Assembly (NCBI GenBank): GCA_012514035.1 | Contig: JAAZBB010000075.1 | Location: 876 to 64,875 of the forward strand | Length of the DNA: 64,000 nt | Origin: Lentisphaerota bacterium | Lineage (GTDB): Bacteria; Verrucomicrobiota; Kiritimatiellia; CAIQIC01; Lenti-01 | Direction of reading: 5' to 3' | Shown: positions 32,367 through 40,498 of the stretch, in pieces | Position numbering within the stretch: the first letter of the stretch is position 1 | Layout: each line of letters opens with the position of its first letter | The notes under the pieces: generated by a model | Told to the model about the DNA's origin: nothing | What the model saw: the letters and a program-made list of their open reading frames with translations, nothing else | Database searches by the model: none | Program-made: the position numbers and the translations under genes

Positions 32367-33449
32367 TCAAGGAGCCTGGTTCAGGTTCCAGGGGGTCCAT
32401 AGGGGGCCGATTTCCTCGACTGGCACCGGCGCGCCGAAAGCGGTTCGGGCCTTGGCCGCCATGCGGGCAGCCAGGGTATCGCCTTTGCCGGAAAGGCGGA
32501 TGTCGCGGAAGGTTGGGGATTGATAGGCGCGGATGACATTCTGGATGGGATTGCCGTTGAGTGCGGTTTCCAAATAACGCAGGGCGTTGCCATGCTGGTC
32601 GAGACGGGCGGCCAGCATGGCGGCTTCAAGAAACAGCGGCTGTTCGGGAGGCTGGGTTTTCAGGAAATTTTCCAGCAGGCGCAGGGCCTCCTCTGGGCGG
32701 TTCATCTGGGAAAGCAATGTGGATTGCAGGCGGAGGGCCCCGACATCCTCTGAATGCCGGGCCAGATATTGACCGAGCCATTGCAGGGCCCGGGTGGGAT
32801 TGCGTTCGCCAATGGCCCAGAGGGCGAGATTGAAACGGCTCGGGAGGAAGCCCGGTTGGATCTGATCGGCGACCTGGAACTGATGGAAGGCTTTTTGGGG
32901 GCGTTTCTGTTTCAGGTAAATCACGCCCAGATCGTTGCGGAATTCGGCGTGGTCGCCAGTCGCCGCCAGGGCCATGTGCAAGGCCTGCACGGCGAGATCG
33001 GGACGCTGGCTGGAAATTCCGCTGGCGAGGATCGGCCACCACTGGATGCCGGAGCGGGAAGAGGCCATCCGGCGCAGTTGGCGCTGCGTGGCCGCGGGGG
33101 GCAACGTATAGGTCCACCCCGCAGGTCTCGCGGACTTCTGCTTTCCGTTGGTGGTTTTGGCGGCGGCTGGCCGTGCGCCGCGCGCCCGCGCCCGGGTGTT
33201 TTTCTGCGTCCAGTCCCGTTGGGCGTATTGAATCGCCAGCCACAACAGCACCAGCATCAGAACTACGCCGATGCCCGTGGCGACGGCCAGGCGGATGGTA
33301 TGGCGCCGGATCGACGGCGGGGGAACCCACTGGGCCCGCGGCGCCATGTAATGAGCGCGCGGCGGAATCGAACCGTTTGCGGACGGATCGTCCCCAGGCC
33401 GGTTGTCCTTGCGGCTATCCTCAGAATGATCCATACGGCGGAGCAGCAT
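32367..33449 (-). CDS. TPR-repeat protein with N-terminal membrane anchor
   Basis: TM helix IRLAVATGIGVVLMLVLLWLAI. TPR-like repeats (ALAATGDHAEFRNDLGVIYLKQKRPQKAFHQF...). The start within the ORF is uncertain, because the upstream part of the ORF runs into a MITE copy. Confidence 0.5.
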   Translation of the reverse strand: MLLRRMDHSEDSRKDNRPGDDPSANGSIPPRAHYMAPRAQWVPPPSIRRHTIRLAVATGIGVVLMLVLLWLAIQYAQRDWTQKNTRARARGARPAAAKTTNGKQKSARPAGWTYTLPPAATQRQLRRMASSRSGIQWWPILASGISSQRPDLAVQALHMALAATGDHAEFRNDLGVIYLKQKRPQKAFHQFQVADQIQPGFLPSRFNLALWAIGERNPTRALQWLGQYLARHSEDVGALRLQSTLLSQMNRPEEALRLLENFLKTQPPEQPLFLEAAMLAARLDQHGNALRYLETALNGNPIQNVIRAYQSPTFRDIRLSGKGDTLAARMAAKARTAFGAPVPVEEIGPLWTPWNLNQAP

Positions 33450-33548
33450 AGAAACAAGGGCGATGCGGCGCAAGCGCGGAATCGGACCGCGGAATCGGAG
33501 GGCGCATCCCCAATTTACTGACTTGATCCGGCTGGATTCAGGGCCTTG

Positions 33549-33696
33549 ATTTGGAGTGCGGCGGCCTGACGCCGCTTTGGGGCCGCGACCTGTCGCGGCT
33601 CGGGAAAGCGCGGTCATGCCCGCGCACTCCCCAAAGGCCGGCCGACGGGAGCAAGATGTTTGATGTCCGGTCGGTCAATGAAACGGGGATGCGCCC
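33549..33696. repeat. MITE/REP-like element, partial copy carrying module M4
   Basis: TTTGGAGTGCGGCGG...CGCGCACTCCCCAAAGGCCGGCCGACGGGAGCAAGATGTTTGATGTCCGGTCGGTCAATGAAACGGGGATGCGCCC. Confidence 0.65.
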
Positions 33697-33741
33697 ACGG
33701 ACCGCCCCGGGGAGAATATTTATCATGTCAAGCCGGCGAGA

Positions 33742-34974
33742 ATGGGGCAGAATGCCTCACTTATGTCCGGCTCGTGGAAGAAACAGATGGCGTTGGTGTG
33801 GGCGGCGCAGTTCCTTTCGATCATGGGATTCGCGTTCGCGCTGCCCTTTGCCCCCTATTTCCTGCAGCAGGAATTGGGCGTGGTTCAGCACGGGGAATTG
33901 CAGCTCTGGGTGGCACTGTTCTCAGCTTCGACCGCTGTCACGATGGCGATTGCGGCTCCGCTCTGGGGCCTGCTGGCGGATCGGTTTGGCAAGCGTGTCA
34001 TGTTGATCCGGGCGAATCTGTCGGGGGCGGTGGTCATGTCGTTGATGGGCGGCGTGCAGACGCCGGGCATGTTGATCATCCTGCGCCTGTTGCAGGGGGC
34101 CTTGACCGGCACGATGACGGCGGCGCAGGCGTTTTTGGCCGGCGAGATGCCGCACGAGCGGCGCGGCCTGGCCGTCGGGGGATTGAGCGCAGCGGTGTTT
34201 TCAGGCACGATGGCGGGCGTCTCGCTGGGAGGATTCGTAGCCGACTGGCTTGGTTATCGGGCGGCGTTTGCGGCTTCCGGCGTGCTGCTGCTGGCGGCTG
34301 GTCTGCTGGTGTTGTGCTGCACCCGCGAAACCGTGGTGCCCTCCGCGCGGAAACCGGTGCCCGACGATTCTCCGGAAAGCGCGTGCGTTCATTGGCGGAG
34401 CCTGCCGGCCACCCTGTATGGCGTGCTGGCGATGTTCGGGGCCATTGCCTTCGTGCGCCAGTTCGACTTGGCGTTCCTGCCGCTGCTGGTTCAGGAAATC
34501 CACGGATCCCTCCAGGGCGTCTCCCTGTGGAGCGGGGGACTGAACGCGTTCGGCAGCCTGGCCGGATTGCTGGCGGGCCTGGCGACGGGCTGGCTGTCCG
34601 ATCGCTTGAATCCGCTGCGCCTGGTGATCATCGCGGCGCTGCTGGCGGCCGTCTTCAGTGGATGGCAGATGGTCGTGGATTCCTTCACGGTGCTGTTTCC
34701 GGTGCGTTTCGGGACGGTGTTTTTCGCCGGCGCGCTCGAACCGGCGCTGAATGCCTGGCTGGCCAAGCGCGTGCCGGTGGCCCGCCAAGGCATTGCCTTC
34801 GGGCTGGCCAGCACAACCCGCTCCATTGGATGGTCGCTGGGTCCGCTGCTGGCGGGAGCGGTCGCGGCGATCAATCTGCGGGCGGTGTTTGGCGGAGCCG
34901 CGCTGGGGTTTATCGGCCTGGCGGTCCTGTTCGGTGCGGCGCTGCATGTCCGGAGCAACGGCAGGCGCGCCTGA
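33742..34974 (+). CDS. MFS transporter
   Basis: 12 predicted TM segments. MFS motif-A-like GLLADRFGKRVMLI between TM2 and TM3. An alternative start is at 33763. Confidence 0.65.
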   Translation: MGQNASLMSGSWKKQMALVWAAQFLSIMGFAFALPFAPYFLQQELGVVQHGELQLWVALFSASTAVTMAIAAPLWGLLADRFGKRVMLIRANLSGAVVMSLMGGVQTPGMLIILRLLQGALTGTMTAAQAFLAGEMPHERRGLAVGGLSAAVFSGTMAGVSLGGFVADWLGYRAAFAASGVLLLAAGLLVLCCTRETVVPSARKPVPDDSPESACVHWRSLPATLYGVLAMFGAIAFVRQFDLAFLPLLVQEIHGSLQGVSLWSGGLNAFGSLAGLLAGLATGWLSDRLNPLRLVIIAALLAAVFSGWQMVVDSFTVLFPVRFGTVFFAGALEPALNAWLAKRVPVARQGIAFGLASTTRSIGWSLGPLLAGAVAAINLRAVFGGAALGFIGLAVLFGAALHVRSNGRRA

Positions 34975-35009
34975 ACCGGCCTCATCGGCGGGGGCCGGAT
35001 CGGCCGGCA

Positions 35010-35753
35010 TCAATCCCGGAGCCAGGCGTACCAGTTCTGAAGGCCCGCCCCGGTTTTGGAGGAGATTTCCAGCATCTGCGCCTTCGGAGCCGCCTGGCGG
35101 ATGTTGGCCAGCGCCTGGGCACGGTCGAATCCAACGGCTTCGGCCAGATCGCACTTGGCCACGAGAACGAGATCCGCCGTGCGAAAGATCACCGGATACT
35201 TCAGGGGCTTGTCTTCCCCTTCGGTGACGGACAGCAAAACAACGCGCCGGGTTTCGCCCAGGTCATAGGAAGCGGGGCAGACGAGATTGCCGACATTTTC
35301 GATGAACAGAAACCGCAGGCCGCTGGTGTCCAGTTTGTCCAGGACGTGGGCCACCATGTGGGCATCCAGGTGGCAGGTGGCGCCGGTGGTGATCTGGATG
35401 GCCTGGGCCCCGCTGGCACGCAGGCGCCGGGCATCATTTTCGGTCTGCAGGTCGCCGACGATAGCGGCGGAACCGGGCAGGTCGCACAGGGTGCGTTCCA
35501 GCAGCGTGGTCTTGCCGGATCCCGGCGAGGAAAGCAGATTGAAGACGGTGAGTGCCTTGGCGCGGAACCATCCCCGGTTCTGGTCGGCGAACCGCTGATT
35601 CAAGGCCAGGGCCGGCTGGTTCACGTTCAGGGTCCGAACAGGCGGGGCGTGATCATGCGCATGGTCATGCGAGTGTTCATGCCCGTGGGCATGGGCCGCA
35701 TCATGGGCCGGGGAAGAGTCATGGGGATGGCCGCAGCCGCAGGTTTCACACAT
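35010..35753 (-). CDS. hypB: Hydrogenase/urease nickel incorporation GTPase HypB with His-rich N-terminus
   Basis: GAGGTG Shine-Dalgarno sequence. N-terminal CETCGCGHPHDSSPAHDAAHAHGHEHSHDHAHDH. Walker A GSPGSGKTTLL. CxxCGC metal site. Confidence 0.8.
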   Translation of the reverse strand: MCETCGCGHPHDSSPAHDAAHAHGHEHSHDHAHDHAPPVRTLNVNQPALALNQRFADQNRGWFRAKALTVFNLLSSPGSGKTTLLERTLCDLPGSAAIVGDLQTENDARRLRASGAQAIQITTGATCHLDAHMVAHVLDKLDTSGLRFLFIENVGNLVCPASYDLGETRRVVLLSVTEGEDKPLKYPVIFRTADLVLVAKCDLAEAVGFDRAQALANIRQAAPKAQMLEISSKTGAGLQNWYAWLRD

Positions 35754-36087
35754 GGTCAGGCACCTCGATTGCAATTAATTCCAGTTCATCGCCGCCGCGC
35801 AGTTCGCCGTCCACGGCGCCGCAGGCGGGGCATTCATAATGAAGGGCCGGCGGAGAGAAATCCATGTTGCAGTGGGGGCAGTGGAAGGCGGGGAGGGTTT
35901 CCTCGATGTCCAGCCGGGCGTTGGCGGCGGGCGTGCCGGGAGTGAGCGCCTCGAAGGCAAAGCGCAACGCCTCGACCACGACGCCCGACAGCGGTCCCAC
36001 GCGCACGCGCAAGGCGCAGATCGGCGCACCGTCCGCTGCATTCACCGCGGCATCCAGCAGATTTGTCATCAGGCTCAACTCGTGCAT
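35746..36087 (-). CDS. hypA: Hydrogenase nickel insertion protein HypA
   Basis: MHELSLM N-terminus. Zinc ribbon CPHC...CPAC. Stop overlaps the hypB start (ATGTGTGA). Confidence 0.8.
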   Translation of the reverse strand: MHELSLMTNLLDAAVNAADGAPICALRVRVGPLSGVVVEALRFAFEALTPGTPAANARLDIEETLPAFHCPHCNMDFSPPALHYECPACGAVDGELRGGDELELIAIEVPDHV

Positions 36088-36337
36088 GGAATCGGATTGT
36101 ATCACATGTGCGCCGAAAATTCGCGGCGACCGGTATTTTTTTACGTGCGGCCTCTCCGCAGCGCATAGAGCACGCTTTTGGAGCTCTGTTCAGGCGGGAA
36201 TCCCAATCCGTTTGCCGCGCGAAAAAACAGCCTGTGAACAAGATGTGAACGGCGCCGGGGAGGGATGCTGCATCCGGCGGCATAACTCATTCCGCGGTAG
36301 ATAGATAAAAAATATCCGGAATTATCCGTTTTTTCTG

Positions 36338-36372
36338 TTGACGATTGGTGGGGCAAAGTGGGATAAAGTGCA
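36338..36372 (+). promoter_or_regulatory. mraZ promoter/operator: -35 TTGACG, -10-like GATAAA, and three direct GTGGG/GTGGG/GTGCA repeats at 10-bp periodicity (MraZ-binding-repeat-like)
   Basis: TTGACGATTGGTGGGGCAAAGTGGGATAAAGTGCACC, 17-50 nt upstream of the mraZ ATG. The AGGTAGG Shine-Dalgarno sequence follows it. Confidence 0.55.
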
Positions 36373-36388
36373 CCATCAGGTAGGCCAG

Positions 36389-36868
36389 ATGGAGCGACGT
36401 GTCACAACCGAAATGGATGAGCTTCTGAATGCGGGAGCTTTCGTCGGTTGCTATACCCATACGTTGGACAGCAAGAAACGCGTGACCATTCCGGCGGATT
36501 GGCGCGAGGCCGCGGGGAATCCCACGTTGTTCATCCTGCCGGGAGTCGGCTTTAAGTGTCTCTATGCCGTGCCTGCGCGCGAGATGGCCCAGCGCCTCGA
36601 AAAAGTCCGCGCCGCCTCCGTGGCCAATGTCCAGGCCCAGAAATTCCAGCGCGATTTCTTCTCCCGCGCCGATCGCGTGGTGCTCGATTCGCAGGGCCGG
36701 ATCCGCGTGAAGGATTCCCTTCTGGATGAAGCCGGAATCATCAATCAGATGGTGTTGGTCGGTGTTGGCAGTCGGTTTGAATTATGGAGCCCCGAATCAT
36801 GGAACGAGCAGACTTTGCAACCGGATCAATCGAAGTTCGCGGAAGCAGCGCAATACATCGGATTCTAA
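36389..36868 (+). CDS. mraZ: Transcriptional regulator MraZ
   Basis: Two SpoVT/AbrB-like halves (HTLDSKKRVTIPADWR and VLDSQGRIRVKDSLL). First gene of the dcw cluster. The ATG at 36389 carries a Shine-Dalgarno sequence. Confidence 0.75.
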   Translation: MERRVTTEMDELLNAGAFVGCYTHTLDSKKRVTIPADWREAAGNPTLFILPGVGFKCLYAVPAREMAQRLEKVRAASVANVQAQKFQRDFFSRADRVVLDSQGRIRVKDSLLDEAGIINQMVLVGVGSRFELWSPESWNEQTLQPDQSKFAEAAQYIGF

Positions 36869-37440
36869 GCTTCCTCGGCGCGTTTCTGCTCGGCATCGGG
36901 CCCGAGGCCCGGCCGGAGCCGGATCGCGATAACTGGTGGGATCGCGAAGAAGCCGAACCGGCTCCGCCCGCTCCTTCGGTTCCCATGACCCTGCCCCGGC
37001 AAGCGGAACTGTTTGATGAAACCGGCCAGGTGGCATTTCAGCCGGCCGCGGCCACGATCGTTTCGGAAATCGCGGCGCCGGCAACCCCCGTGGCCGCGCC
37101 CGCCGCCCGGACGGTGCCCCAAACCATTGTATCCGTCCGGCGCAAATCCCGGACCACCGCCCGGGTCGTCGCCACCACCCGCGTGGTGCCGGCCGTGCGC
37201 GTGGCCTCGGTGTCCAAGGCCCCGAGCGCGGGGCGCGGCGCGGTCGCGCGCCAGCTCGTCATGAGCCAATCCATTTCCAGCGGCAGGGAGGACGCGCGTT
37301 GGTTCTCCGTTCCCCAACGCGCCCTCCTGCCGCGCTTTCAATTGTTCGAAGGCGCGACCGGCGTGACCGAGGACGCGGGCGGCTTGCGGATTGATCCGCC
37401 GGCCATGCGCGCCCAGCACGGCCGCGTCTGGTTCGTATGA
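36799..37440 (+). CDS. Hypothetical Ala/Pro-rich protein with an N-terminal hydrophobic segment, inserted between mraZ and rsmH
   Basis: ORF 36784..37440. Hydrophobic ILSFLGAFLLGIG segment followed by low-complexity PAPPAPS.../AAPAART... sequence. Strong GC3 bias downstream of the mraZ stop. Start uncertain (36799 or 36985). Overlaps the mraZ 3' end in another frame. Confidence 0.35.
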   Translation: MERADFATGSIEVRGSSAIHRILSFLGAFLLGIGPEARPEPDRDNWWDREEAEPAPPAPSVPMTLPRQAELFDETGQVAFQPAAATIVSEIAAPATPVAAPAARTVPQTIVSVRRKSRTTARVVATTRVVPAVRVASVSKAPSAGRGAVARQLVMSQSISSGREDARWFSVPQRALLPRFQLFEGATGVTEDAGGLRIDPPAMRAQHGRVWFV

Positions 37441-37457
37441 TCCCGTCGAGGTGAACC

Positions 37458-38387
37458 ATGGTCCATCTGCCGGTGCTGCTTCAGGAAACCGTCACCCGGC
37501 TGGTGACGGAACCCGGCGGCTGGTACGTGGACGGAACCGTGGGGCTGGGGGGACATGCCGCGGCGGTGTTGGCGGCCGCCGGCCTGGACGCGCACCTGCT
37601 GGGGCTGGATCGCGACGGACAGGCGTTGGAACTGGCCCGGGACGCCTTGGAACCTTTCGGCGACCGGGTCATCCTGGAACGGGCGAATTTCTCCGACCTG
37701 CGCGCGGTGGCGGACCGGCACGGCATCCAGTCCGTCCGGGGAGTCCTGCTGGACCTCGGGGTGTCGTCACCGCAACTGGACCGGGCGGAACGCGGATTCA
37801 GCTTCCGGCACGACAGCCCGTTGGACATGCGCATGGACGACCGGCAGGACCTGACCGCGGCCCGGCTGCTGGCGGAACAGCCGCCGCGGGAACTGGCACT
37901 CCTGTTGCGGCGCTATGGCGAGGAACCGGCGGCGCGACGCATCGCCGCGGCGGTGGCCGCCGCCCGCGCGCACGGTGAACCGCTGGAAACCACGACCCAA
38001 CTGGCGGAGCTGGTCGCGCGGGTGAAAGGCGGCCGGCGCGGCCGTATCCATCCCGCCACGCAAACCTTCCAGGCGCTCCGGATCGCCGTGAACGACGAAC
38101 TGGGCGCCCTCGCGGCCGGCCTGCCGGCCGCCCTCGACCTGCTGGCGCCGGGCGGCCGCCTCGCGGTCATCAGCTTTCACAGTTTGGAAGACCGGATGGT
38201 CAAGCGGTTCATGGCGGACCATGTCGGCCGCATGGAATCACTGGCCAAGGGTGGCGAACGCTGGGCGGGCCAGTTGCCCCGCGCCCGCCGGGTCACACAC
38301 AAGCCGGTGGTCGCTTCGGAGCAGGAAATCGCGGTGAATCCGCGCGCGCGCAGCGCCAAGCTGCGCGTAATGGAAAGGATGGCCTGA
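37458..38387 (+). CDS. rsmH: 16S rRNA (cytosine1402-N4)-methyltransferase RsmH (MraW)
   Basis: N-terminus MVHLPVLLQETV...YVDGTVGLGGH. SAM-binding motifs. Canonical dcw position. Confidence 0.85.
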   Translation: MVHLPVLLQETVTRLVTEPGGWYVDGTVGLGGHAAAVLAAAGLDAHLLGLDRDGQALELARDALEPFGDRVILERANFSDLRAVADRHGIQSVRGVLLDLGVSSPQLDRAERGFSFRHDSPLDMRMDDRQDLTAARLLAEQPPRELALLLRRYGEEPAARRIAAAVAAARAHGEPLETTTQLAELVARVKGGRRGRIHPATQTFQALRIAVNDELGALAAGLPAALDLLAPGGRLAVISFHSLEDRMVKRFMADHVGRMESLAKGGERWAGQLPRARRVTHKPVVASEQEIAVNPRARSAKLRVMERMA

Positions 38388-38388
38388 G

Positions 38389-38751
38389 ATGGCAAGGAAA
38401 AACCGCAAGCACGGGTATGAAGGCAGCCGGATCATGTTCTGGGGCGTGGCACTCGGCATGCTGTCCGCGACGCTGGCCCTGGTCTATCTGGGCCTGTACA
38501 ACACCTGCGACCAGATCGGGGCCCGGATCAAGCAATTGGAGACGAACCAGGTCGAGTTGCGCAAGCACGTGGTGAACGAGGAGCATAACTGGGCCATTGC
38601 ACGCGCCGCGCCCAACCTCGAGCGCCTGATGGCGCGGCATGGCATTGTCATGTCCTGGCCGGCTCCGCATGACATCATCCGTCTGCGTCCGCCGCCGCCG
38701 GCCGATCCCGTCCACTACGCCTGGCAAGACGGCACGACGCGGCGTGATTGA
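38389..38751 (+). CDS. ftsL: Cell division protein FtsL-like (single TM plus coiled coil)
   Basis: 120 aa. TM segment IMFWGVALGMLSATLALVYLGL followed by a heptad-like region. Sits between rsmH and ftsI. Confidence 0.6.
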   Translation: MARKNRKHGYEGSRIMFWGVALGMLSATLALVYLGLYNTCDQIGARIKQLETNQVELRKHVVNEEHNWAIARAAPNLERLMARHGIVMSWPAPHDIIRLRPPPPADPVHYAWQDGTTRRD

Positions 38752-38761
38752 ACGCGGCTAC

Positions 38762-40498
38762 ATGTGGCGGGTGGCGTTCGTCGCCATCTTCCTGCTGGGG
38801 GGCTGGGGTGTTCTGGCCGTCCGCCTGGGCTATTTGCATTTGGGGGATAATGCCGCCCTGCGCGAAAGGGTGCGCCGGATGCGCACCTCGGAGGAAACCA
38901 TCCTGGTCGGGCGCGGCCGCATCCTGGACCGGAATGATCGTCTGTTGGCCCTGGATCTGCCGGTCCAGAATGTATGCGTTGAACCGGTAACGATCCTCAG
39001 CAACAGGCAGGCGCAGGCGGTCAGCACCCAACTGGCCCGGATGCTCCAGTTGCCCATGGCGCAGGTCTATGACCGGGTCAACCGTCCGGGCCGCCGGTAT
39101 GAAGTCGTCGGCCGCCATGTCCATGAGGATCTGGCCAATCAAGTGAAGCGCCTCGACCTGCCCGGCGTGTTTTTCGAACCCCTGACCACCCGCTACTATC
39201 CCCATGGCGCACTCGCCTGCCACGTTCTCGGTTTCTCCAATATGGAAGGCATTGGCAGCGCCGGCATCGAACAGCGCTGGGATTCCCTGCTCAAAGGCCG
39301 TCCGGGGTTCCGCCAAAGCGAACGCGACGGTAATAAACGGGAGATCGTCACCCGCCGCTCCCTGGAAGTCGCCCCGCAGGAAGGCGCCGACATCCACCTG
39401 ACCCTCGACGATAACATCCAGCATTTCGTGGAGAAGGCCCTGGATGCCGCCATCACGAACATGCACGCCCAGTCCGCCTGGGCCATCGTGGAGGAGGTGC
39501 GCACCGGGGCGATCCTGGCCATGGCCTCGCGGCCCGCCTACGATCTGAACAACTACAACAAGGTTCCCGATGACCTGCGCCTGAACCGGGCCATCGGCGT
39601 GAACTTCGAGCCCGGCTCCGTGTTCAAAATCGGCATCGTGGCCGCGGCCCTCAACGAAGGCCTGGTCACGACCAACGATCCCTTCTACTGCGAGGACGGC
39701 CGCTGGACCTACGCCGGGCGCCCCCTGAACGATTTCCATCCCTATGGCGAACTGGATGTCACCGGCATCCTGCGCAAGTCCAGTAACATCGGGGCCGCCA
39801 AGATCGCGGTGATGCTCGGCGAAGAACGGCTGCACCGCTACCTCGCCGCCTACGGCTTCGGCCGCCCCACCGGTCTGGAAGTTCCCGGCGAAGAGGCCGG
39901 CATGCTCCATCCCGTGGCCAAATGGCATAAAATCGACATCACCCGCATCGCCATGGGCCACACCGTGGCGGTCACCGCCCTCCAGATGCTCAACCTGATG
40001 TGCTGCATCGGAAACGACGGGTACCTGATGAAACCCTATCTCGTCCGCAAGGTCGTGGACAAAAACGGGGTGGTCCTGCGCGAGACCAAACCCCAGGCGC
40101 TGTCCCGGCCCATCACCGAACGCACCGCCGCGCTCATGCGGAGCATGCTGGCGGAAGTGACGCGCCCCGGCGGCACCGGCACCCGCGCCGCCCTCGCCGG
40201 CTACGACATCGCCGGCAAAACAGGCACCGCCGAAAAAATCGATGCGCAGGGACGCTACCAGAAAAACGCCAATATCTGCTCGTTCCTGGGGCTGCTGCCG
40301 GCGGAACAGCCCGAAATCGGCATCATTGTGGTCTTGGACAGCGCGGTCTGTCCGGAAACCAAACTGCGCTCGGCCGGCTTCACCGCCGCCCCGGTCTTTG
40401 CCCGGGTCGCCGAACCCATTGCGCACTACCTCGACATCCGGCCCCGGGATGCCGAAGAACCGGTGAATTACGAACCCGTTCTGGCTGGCGTGCCATGA
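38762..40498 (+). CDS. ftsI: Peptidoglycan D,D-transpeptidase FtsI (class B PBP)
   Basis: N-terminal TM segment. PBP dimerisation and transpeptidase domains. SxxK-type motifs (e.g. ASRPAYDLN region, KSSNIGAAK, KTGTAEK). Start uncertain (ATG at 38762 or an upstream GTG). Confidence 0.75.
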   Translation: MWRVAFVAIFLLGGWGVLAVRLGYLHLGDNAALRERVRRMRTSEETILVGRGRILDRNDRLLALDLPVQNVCVEPVTILSNRQAQAVSTQLARMLQLPMAQVYDRVNRPGRRYEVVGRHVHEDLANQVKRLDLPGVFFEPLTTRYYPHGALACHVLGFSNMEGIGSAGIEQRWDSLLKGRPGFRQSERDGNKREIVTRRSLEVAPQEGADIHLTLDDNIQHFVEKALDAAITNMHAQSAWAIVEEVRTGAILAMASRPAYDLNNYNKVPDDLRLNRAIGVNFEPGSVFKIGIVAAALNEGLVTTNDPFYCEDGRWTYAGRPLNDFHPYGELDVTGILRKSSNIGAAKIAVMLGEERLHRYLAAYGFGRPTGLEVPGEEAGMLHPVAKWHKIDITRIAMGHTVAVTALQMLNLMCCIGNDGYLMKPYLVRKVVDKNGVVLRETKPQALSRPITERTAALMRSMLAEVTRPGGTGTRAALAGYDIAGKTGTAEKIDAQGRYQKNANICSFLGLLPAEQPEIGIIVVLDSAVCPETKLRSAGFTAAPVFARVAEPIAHYLDIRPRDAEEPVNYEPVLAGVP

